Source of the DNA: a virus
Length of the DNA stretch: 64,000 bases
Direction: 5' to 3' (one strand)
IMG/VR virus record: IMGVR_UViG_3300008450_000005
Location: 52,158 to 116,157 of that record
Under the pieces are notes generated by a model. It was not told the origin of the DNA, searched no databases, and saw only the letters and a program-made list of their open reading frames with translations. Positions 60,361 through 64,000 of the stretch are shown here, piece after piece; the first letter of the stretch is position 1, and every line of letters begins with the position of its first letter. A program made the position numbers and the translations under genes.

Positions 60361-61044
60361 ATGGCTGTACCAACTTCGGATATTAAACTTAGTGATATTT
60401 GGGCTGAAGCCAATGGGGCATACAGCTCAGGAGCTCTGAGTTTACTCGACATCTCTTTTTTCTCCTATTTTGCCGGACCCAATGGATCTAATTCCAGATC
60501 AGACAACAACTGGGGGGTACAAGAGGGAAGCGGTGATAACCGGATTTATGGAACAAACTATAAGACGGATAATTACGAAATGGGTGATTATTCGGGTCTT
60601 ACCTATTTTTACGATCAGGGAACATTTCAGGTCAATATTCAGATCACGAATAATTTAACCGTACCAACCACACCTCCAGATCCTCCGGATCTCAATGATG
60701 TGAATGTGAACATTGAACTGTGGGATTCTACTTTTTCCTACCAGTATTTAGCAGGAGGTGGGCAGGCAATGTCTGGAGGAGGGCAATACGGTCCGAGTGA
60801 CGTGAGTTCTTCCGCCGACCCCATCATATTTCGCGGATATTGGAAAGTTGTTATCTCAGGATCAAATCCTATGTTTGCCGGGTGCCTTGCGGACCTTACC
60901 ATCAATGGTAATACTATTTTTACGGGTCAGGCCGTTTCGGGAGGTCCCGGCGGAACGACCTTTGATTCCACCGGATTCAGTACAGAGGACGTTGCCCCAT
61001 TCGGCGGTGTCACTGGCTTGTGGTTTAATGTAACGGTTTACTAA
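60361..61044 (+). CDS. Gly-rich putative virion protein
   Basis: MAVPTSDIKLSDIWAE start; G/S/T-rich; GATAAATA upstream. Confidence 0.5.
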   Translation: MAVPTSDIKLSDIWAEANGAYSSGALSLLDISFFSYFAGPNGSNSRSDNNWGVQEGSGDNRIYGTNYKTDNYEMGDYSGLTYFYDQGTFQVNIQITNNLTVPTTPPDPPDLNDVNVNIELWDSTFSYQYLAGGGQAMSGGGQYGPSDVSSSADPIIFRGYWKVVISGSNPMFAGCLADLTINGNTIFTGQAVSGGPGGTTFDSTGFSTEDVAPFGGVTGLWFNVTVY

Positions 61045-61045
61045 A

Positions 61046-61264
61046 ATGATAATTATAGATTGGATAGAAACTTACATTTTTTTAGGATATCCACCCAGTC
61101 ATCAGCTTGAGGAAGAAATTTTCAGTAAGGCTAAACAGGTTGGTTCAAGCTGGAAAAGGGGGAATCCCAAAGACCCGAATTCCTACCCATTTCTATCAAA
61201 AATATCATTCTATCCGAAGCCTTTTCTAGAGAAATATTTCCAGGACAGAGTCGGTAGTCAGTAG
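61046..61264 (+). CDS. Hypothetical protein
   Basis: 72-aa ORF. Confidence 0.45.
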   Translation: MIIIDWIETYIFLGYPPSHQLEEEIFSKAKQVGSSWKRGNPKDPNSYPFLSKISFYPKPFLEKYFQDRVGSQ

Positions 61265-61294
61265 ATAAATATCCAACATAAAGATAATGATAGC

Positions 61295-61489
61295 ATGGTC
61301 AAACCTGAGGAGAGAGAAATATACGAGGATGCTATTGACATTTATATCGATTTGGTAAAGTCACAGGAGACCAGTGCATATTTAGAAAATGCCAATCAAT
61401 GTTTGCATATGTTGGAATACTTTGAAGAGTTTGAAAAGTGTAAAGAACTGATTAGCATTTTCCCACATCTTAAATACAAAAATGGATAA
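61295..61489 (+). CDS. Small protein with UVR-like EEFExC motif
   Basis: MLEYFEEFEKCKEL. Confidence 0.55.
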   Translation: MVKPEEREIYEDAIDIYIDLVKSQETSAYLENANQCLHMLEYFEEFEKCKELISIFPHLKYKNG

Positions 61490-61709
61490 CGTCGATATTT
61501 TTGAAGATGCTTTAGCTAAGCTGAGATCCGAAGGGATCAAAATTTGGATGCACCCGGTTATCCAACCTTATGCGGAAAAGATTTTTTATATGATGATTAC
61601 CCATTACGAGGAAAGAGAAGAATATGAAAATTGTTCGTTTCTAAAAACAACTTGGGAGAAATATCAGAAATGTTTAACTATCTCAAAAATTATTGGCAAT
61701 TTGAGATAA
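61482..61709 (+). CDS. Small protein with UVR-like EEYExC motif
   Basis: MITHYEEREEYENCSFLK. Confidence 0.55.
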   Translation: MDNVDIFEDALAKLRSEGIKIWMHPVIQPYAEKIFYMMITHYEEREEYENCSFLKTTWEKYQKCLTISKIIGNLR

Positions 61710-61768
61710 TTTTTTTGCCGTATGGGTGCAAAACGAGGAACTTTGTGGATAGATAAAATAAAAAAAAT

Positions 61769-61942
61769 ATGTCCAAAAAATCTTCGCCTAAGTCAAACCA
61801 TTCGATCGTCGAAAACCTGAAGAGGATTCTCGCTGAAATGAAATCCAGACAATCAGTTGCTAAAAAGAAACAAGTTTTTGATGAATTTTTAAAATCCGAA
61901 TTGGAAAGATATCAGAAAGATGATATTCATATCGGGATTTAA
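61769..61942 (+). CDS. Small basic hypothetical protein; not in the ORF track
   Basis: Translated by hand, 57 aa: MSKKSSPKSNHSIVENLKG...DIHIGI. Confidence 0.45.
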   Translation: MSKKSSPKSNHSIVENLKRILAEMKSRQSVAKKKQVFDEFLKSELERYQKDDIHIGI

Positions 61943-61979
61943 AAATTGAAAATTTTTTCTGAGATAGATAGTGGTAATT

Positions 61980-62378
61980 ATGCCACTTGACTATTCAATT
62001 TCTTTAGATCTAATAAGCAAAAATAACATAGACGAAGAAAAATTAATCTCTGTAAAGAAGCTAGTATCCCTTAAACCGATACCAACCGAATTAAAAGAAT
62101 CTCTTGTTGAGATTTTAGAAAACCAAAAAGGGAAAAAACTAGAAATTTACATCGAGGACCTTGAAATCTCCGAGGATGCAGAAGACGATCTTCAAGATTT
62201 CATAGCAGAATTGGATGAGGAAATTATCCAATTAGCGGATGAATCGCTGTTCATTTGGGCTAGTTCTTATCCTGCTTGCCTGAAAATTTTTAAGAAGAAC
62301 GGATTTACCTGGGATTATACGGAAGAATCCGATGAGGAGTACGATTTAGACTTGCCTATTTGGGAAGACTATGAATAA
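61980..62378 (+). CDS. Highly acidic hypothetical protein
   Basis: D/E-rich; probable start MPLDY after GATAGATA. Confidence 0.5.
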   Translation: MPLDYSISLDLISKNNIDEEKLISVKKLVSLKPIPTELKESLVEILENQKGKKLEIYIEDLEISEDAEDDLQDFIAELDEEIIQLADESLFIWASSYPACLKIFKKNGFTWDYTEESDEEYDLDLPIWEDYE

Positions 62379-63126
62379 TCCGTTAGCTGTCGGATCACCC
62401 GATTATAGACGGCTCTCCGAACTAAATAGAGCAACAGACGAACTTGATATCTCTAGGCTCGACACGAAGCAAATTCCTAATAGTAAGAGCTACCCACGGA
62501 AAATCTATGTTTTGAATCTCCCAGAGAGAGAAGACAGATGGATTCGTTTCCAAAGCATGAATCAAGAACTGTTTGAGATATTTGACGTGGTCAGATTTGA
62601 TGCACTTAAAACCTCAGATGTCCAGGATGCTATTTTCAAAAGTTTCAAAACTTGTATAGGAAAAGCAGAAGATGAGACCTTTATCGTGATGGAGGATGAT
62701 GCATTTTTGGTTGAAGGAGCAATCCAGCATCTCCACAAGATATGGGAGCAAATCCCAGGAGATTGGGATGTTTTATTTGGAAACCATTATTTCTATTCCA
62801 AGCTGGAAATTATCAACGATGTGGTAGCGAAGCCAATAGGACGGGCGTCTACAGCTAATTTCGGGATTTATTCGAAATCACTATTGCCGAAGCTAGATGA
62901 CTTATCAATGAGAGAGGACAGATCACTCAGTGAATGGGATCATTTCTTAACCGGCAATCCCTCCATTAATAACTATGTCTTGTGGCCGATGGTTTCTCGT
63001 GAGGTTGCAGGATTTTCTGATCATAGGGGAAGGGAAATGAATATTAATCTCCGATTGAGAGAACACAGATATAGGTTCAATTTTCTCGATAATGAGAAAT
63101 TCTATGAAGCAATCTGGAAAACGTAG
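62371..63126 (+). CDS. Glycosyltransferase family 25-like
   Basis: IYVLNLPEREDRW, RFDA, IVMEDDA, DWDVLF. Confidence 0.7.
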   Translation: MNNPLAVGSPDYRRLSELNRATDELDISRLDTKQIPNSKSYPRKIYVLNLPEREDRWIRFQSMNQELFEIFDVVRFDALKTSDVQDAIFKSFKTCIGKAEDETFIVMEDDAFLVEGAIQHLHKIWEQIPGDWDVLFGNHYFYSKLEIINDVVAKPIGRASTANFGIYSKSLLPKLDDLSMREDRSLSEWDHFLTGNPSINNYVLWPMVSREVAGFSDHRGREMNINLRLREHRYRFNFLDNEKFYEAIWKT

Positions 63127-63150
63127 GATATAAGATGTAATTTTACAACA

Positions 63151-63414
63151 ATGAGGAAATTTAATTTTATTGAGACTGTAATCATTGGCACGATCACATG
63201 TCTTATCGGATTGATGATTGGTTCTAAAACTTGTACTAATGATGTAACAAGGGACTGTATGGGGCGAGTTCAAAAACTTTCTTACCAGGTTGATTCTCTT
63301 TCAAACGAAAATCTGGGTCTGAAAATAGAATTGGGCAGGTATGAGATAATTCACACCAGATTGTTAGATGAGTTTCCAGAAGTTGAGGGAGAGGTAACCA
63401 AAAATTTGGAATAG
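63151..63414 (+). CDS. Membrane-anchored coiled-coil hypothetical protein
   Basis: N-terminal TM helix, [15 protein letters not shown]. Confidence 0.55.
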   Translation: MRKFNFIETVIIGTITCLIGLMIGSKTCTNDVTRDCMGRVQKLSYQVDSLSNENLGLKIELGRYEIIHTRLLDEFPEVEGEVTKNLE

Positions 63415-63415
63415 C

Positions 63416-64000
63416 ATGAGTAATAACCTAGACAAACAGTATTTGGATCTCCTTCAAGATATCCTCGATAAAGGAGTTAAAAAGGAGGACAGAACAGGTA
63501 CGGGTACGATTTCTGTTTTCGGCAGGCAAATAAGACACAAGATGTCTGAAGGATTTCCATTGCTTACAACCAAGAAAATAGCTTGGAAGACAATGGTTAC
63601 TGAGTTACTTTGGTTCTTAAGAGGCGATACAAACATCAAATACCTTGTTGATAATGATTGTCATATTTGGGATGGTGATGCGTTCAAGTACTACACAAAA
63701 AAAGTTAATGAAATTATTGATGGATATAAATGTGGTGATATCATGGGAATGCAAGACCACATTGAAAAGTTATTTAGTGACTCTGATAAATTAACACCAT
63801 TAACAATGGATGAGTTCATCAACAAAATCAAAACAGACGATGAGTTTGCTAAAGAGTGGGGTGAATTAGGACCAATTTATGGTAAGCAATGGAGAAGTTG
63901 GAGCCGAAATGCAACCCGTGATGAGAAAATAGTTGACCCTGGTGTTTATACAAAACAAATAGACCAAATCCAAAACCTAATCAACGACCTTAAAACAAAT
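63416..64000 (+). CDS. thyA: Thymidylate synthase ThyA (truncated by window end; not in the ORF track)
   Basis: Translated by hand: [36 protein letters not shown]...FPLLTTKK...[11 protein letters not shown]...[10 protein letters not shown]. Confidence 0.93.
   Translation, partial: MSNNLDKQYLDLLQDILDKGVKKEDRTGTGTISVFGRQIRHKMSEGFPLLTTKKIAWKTMVTELLWFLRGDTNIKYLVDNDCHIWDGDAFKYYTKKVNEIIDGYKCGDIMGMQDHIEKLFSDSDKLTPLTMDEFINKIKTDDEFAKEWGELGPIYGKQWRSWSRNATRDEKIVDPGVYTKQIDQIQNLINDLKTN

Noticed and set aside
419-63639. Many short antisense or alternate-frame ORFs in the track (e.g. 419-664, 15889-16215, 34407-34916, 36950-37435, 63454-63639)
   Set aside because: They lie inside well-supported + strand genes and lack motifs or promoter signals. 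Only 34196-34498 and 52483-52761 on the minus strand fill real gaps.
1-64000. Stop-codon reassignment as seen in some jumbo phages
   Set aside because: Conserved genes are full-length in the standard code, and TAG, TGA and TAA all occur at natural gene ends.
1-64000. Eukaryotic giant virus (NCLDV) or bacterial chromosome origin, suggested by MBD4-like, RNR, topoisomerase II and DnaK/J genes
   Set aside because: tmRNA, SLT, Rho-independent terminators, T4-like SSB/primase/UvsW and virion genes indicate a bacteriophage; there are no ribosomal or core cellular operons.
1-64000. CRISPR array, tRNA genes, IS elements, reverse transcriptase/DGR
   Set aside because: None seen by eye. Intergenic spaces are short and the only tRNA-like element is the tmRNA. 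A tRNAscan or CRISPR scan was not run.

Overview
This is a 64-kb, gene-dense, almost entirely + strand segment of a large (jumbo-type) tailed phage with a T4-like replication core. The host is most likely a Bacteroidota bacterium: start codons have A-rich contexts without Shine-Dalgarno motifs, there are Hc1-like and DUF4494-like genes, and the tmRNA tag begins GET-. Layout: 1-18.3 kb, virion structural genes (large baseplate/tail proteins, three paralogous collagen-like fibres, spanin-like and gp3-like proteins). 18.4-23.4 kb, RuvC-like resolvase, gp32-like SSB, primase, UvsY and UvsW. The rest is mixed: RNA-ligase/cytidylyltransferase-like fusion, metallophosphoesterase, DnaK, DnaJ, ferritin, MBD4-like glycosylase, dCTPase/dUTPase, NrdAB, adenylate kinase, two glycosyltransferases, two topoisomerase II subunits, UvsE, sliding clamp, SLT, a complete tmRNA, a secreted nuclease, thioredoxin, MgsA and two thymidylate-synthase-family genes. 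Most notable observations: (1) a probable cytosine-modification pathway (TS-fold enzyme with the dCMP-specifying Asp plus a gp56-like pyrophosphatase) together with an MBD4-like T:G glycosylase; (2) a family-B DNA polymerase split into two genes about 13.6 kb apart; (3) about 11 proteins, including ferritin and adenylate kinase, with a T4 capsid-targeting-like N-terminal leader, mostly downstream of a recurring GATA(T/A)ATA late-promoter-like motif; (4) a tmRNA with a long tag and an atypical T-loop; (5) five small UVR-like (E-x-Y/F-E-x-C) paralogues. All calls come from reading motifs by eye; no searches were run.
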